A program made the translations under genes and the position numbers. The notes beneath the pieces were generated by a model. That model was not told the origin of the DNA and did no database searches. It saw only the letters and a list, made by a program, of their open reading frames with translations. Shown here piece by piece: positions 41,627 through 42,768 of a stretch of DNA of 42,768 bases. How positions within the stretch are numbered: the stretch's first letter is position 1; every line of letters starts with the position of its first letter. The stretch is from positions 1 to 42,768 of the forward strand of contig JBCCAW010000002.1 in NCBI GenBank assembly GCA_039814655.1, read 5' to 3'. Source of the DNA: Myxococcota bacterium. GTDB lineage: Bacteria; Myxococcota_A; Polyangia; Polyangiales; Houyiibacteriaceae.

Positions 41627-42768
41627 ATGAGCGAGCTGGCGACACGCGACAACCAAGCGCACCCGCCTCCGGGCGCTCGAATCGCGGAAAAGTACGAGGT
41701 GGTTCGCCTCATCGGGCGCGGCGGCATGGGCGCCGTGCTCGAGGCCTTTCACACGCGCACGGAGCGGCGCGTCGCCATCAAGTGGCTGCTCCCGGGGCTC
41801 GTCGAGAACCCGGCGGCCGTCGCCCGTTTCGAGCACGAGGCCAAGGCGTCGGGGCGCATCGACCATCCGAACGTCGTTGGCATTCACGACTTCGGCGAGT
41901 TCGAGGGCTCCTACTACCTCGTCATGGATTACCTCGAGGGCCTGACGCTCGGGGAGCGGCTCGAGGCCGGGGCGCTGGGCGTCGCCGAGTGTGCGCGGCT
42001 GATGCTGCCGGTGCTTCGCGGCGTCGCCGCGGCGCACGAGCAGGGGGTCATTCACCGGGACCTCAAGCCGGACAACATCTTCCTGCCCGTCGACCGGAAC
42101 GGCCTGCCGCGGCCGCCCAAGGTGCTCGACTTCGGTATCTCCAAGCTCGAGCGCCGCGAGGCCCGGGACCTCGAGATCACCCGCGCCGGCGAGGTCGTCG
42201 GCACGCCCTTCTACATGTCGCCGGAGCAATCGCAGGGGAAGGACGACGTGGACGCGCGAACGGACGTGTTCTCGTTGGGCATCATCCTCTACGAGTGCCT
42301 CACGGGCCGGCGACCCTTCACCGGCAAGTCCTACGCCGAGACGCTGGTGAAGATCGCAACGGAGGATGCGACGCCGGTGGACATGCTCGCCCCGGAGGTG
42401 CCCTCGGAGCTCGCGGCGGTCATCGAGACGGCCATGGCCAAGGACCCCGCGGAGCGCTACGCGGGCGTCGCGGAGCTCGGCGCCGCGCTCGCCGCTTTTG
42501 CGGACCAGAGCTTCGACGGTGGCGCCGACTGGACCGGCTCCTTCTCCGCGACGGGAACGCGCTCCGTTCCGTCCGTGCCGGCGGTCGCGGCGGAGCTTCC
42601 GGAGGCGGTCCACCACGACGCACCGCACCACGACGCACCGCACCACGACGCGCCGCACCACGACGCGCCGGTCACGCTGCCGGTGGCTGCCGGGCCCTCG
42701 CGGCGCACGCTCGGACTCGTCGCCGCCGGCCTCCTGGGGCTCGCGGCCGTGCTGGCGGCGCTCGCCTC
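41627..42768 (+). CDS. Hanks-type Ser/Thr protein kinase, 3'-truncated by the window end
   Basis: Missing from the ORF track because no stop is reached. ATG 41627 with a GGGGGG box upstream. IGRGGMGAVLEA, VAIKWL, HRDLKPDNIF, DFGISK and TPFYMSPEQ. Linker with (HHDAP)x4, then TM LGLVAAGLLGLAAVLAALA. Confidence 0.85.
   Translation, partial: MSELATRDNQAHPPPGARIAEKYEVVRLIGRGGMGAVLEAFHTRTERRVAIKWLLPGLVENPAAVARFEHEAKASGRIDHPNVVGIHDFGEFEGSYYLVMDYLEGLTLGERLEAGALGVAECARLMLPVLRGVAAAHEQGVIHRDLKPDNIFLPVDRNGLPRPPKVLDFGISKLERREARDLEITRAGEVVGTPFYMSPEQSQGKDDVDARTDVFSLGIILYECLTGRRPFTGKSYAETLVKIATEDATPVDMLAPEVPSELAAVIETAMAKDPAERYAGVAELGAALAAFADQSFDGGADWTGSFSATGTRSVPSVPAVAAELPEAVHHDAPHHDAPHHDAPHHDAPVTLPVAAGPSRRTLGLVAAGLLGLAAVLAALA
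42611..42670 (+). repeat. 4 x 15-bp perfect-period tandem repeat (caccacgacgcrccg) encoding (HHDAP)4
   Basis: Units at 42611, 42626, 42641 and 42656. In frame with the kinase, between the catalytic domain and the TM segment. Confidence 0.9.

Noticed and set aside
41537-42661. 374-aa minus-strand ORF, the only ORF listed by the track in this region
   Set aside because: The opposite strand encodes an unmistakable Hanks kinase (GRGGMG, HRDLKPDN, DFG). It is missing from the track only because it runs off the window end without a stop.
15406-42670. Whether the tandem repeats (15406, 39116, 42611, 8737) or the sctS-flanking repeats represent a CRISPR array
   Set aside because: The tandem units are directly adjacent with no spacers, are only 15 or 36 bp long, and lie in or next to coding sequence. 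The 27-nt cores flanking sctS are in inverted rather than direct orientation, number only four, and have no cas genes nearby.

Overview
Very GC-rich bacterial chromosomal segment (GC judged by eye, not computed), most likely from a myxobacterium (Myxococcota). Support for that origin: a GGCGC-plus-TM 'MYXO-CTERM'-like tail on a giant secreted protease, a PEGA/TPR envelope protein beside a Hanks-type kinase, a minor-pilin/PilY1 operon, a mevalonate pathway and many lipoproteins. I support about 37 protein genes, no rRNA or tRNA genes, no CRISPR array and no transposase or integrase. Every real gene is shadowed by long Arg/Ala/Gly/Pro-rich antisense or out-of-frame ORFs, which I discarded. Gene order: lycopene-cyclase-family gene plus Rieske gene; small hypothetical; secreted beta-barrel-like protein; lipoprotein serine hydrolase; Xre-RES toxin-antitoxin pair; two lipoproteins; about 1345-aa HExxH metalloprotease; T3SS ATPase sctN coupled to dnaJ; minor pilins and pilY1, then a lipoprotein and recF; divergent ATP-grasp-like / M14-like (AstE/AspA) pair; polyprenyl synthase and type-2 IPP isomerase; sctS and sctT; hpt; TPR protein; methyltransferase; three coupled envelope genes (large secreted protein, DUF4266-like lipoprotein, DUF3570-like barrel); about 420-nt intergenic region; dnaN plus a small 2-TM protein; mvk-mvaD-PMK; PEGA/TPR protein; partial Ser/Thr kinase. 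Most noteworthy: (1) three type III secretion core genes sit as orphans in housekeeping contexts, and sctS is bracketed by a roughly 90-bp nested inverted repeat; (2) the coupled envelope operon at 31969-35254 is uncharacterised; (3) the ATP-grasp-like and zinc-hydrolase genes form a divergent pair with overlapping -10 boxes; (4) several genes carry a -10-like hexamer 6-8 nt upstream of the ATG, suggesting leaderless mRNAs; (5) three unrelated 15-bp in-frame tandem repeats occur. All functional calls rest on motifs I recognise in the translations; no database search was run, and start codons are often ambiguous by tens of nt.
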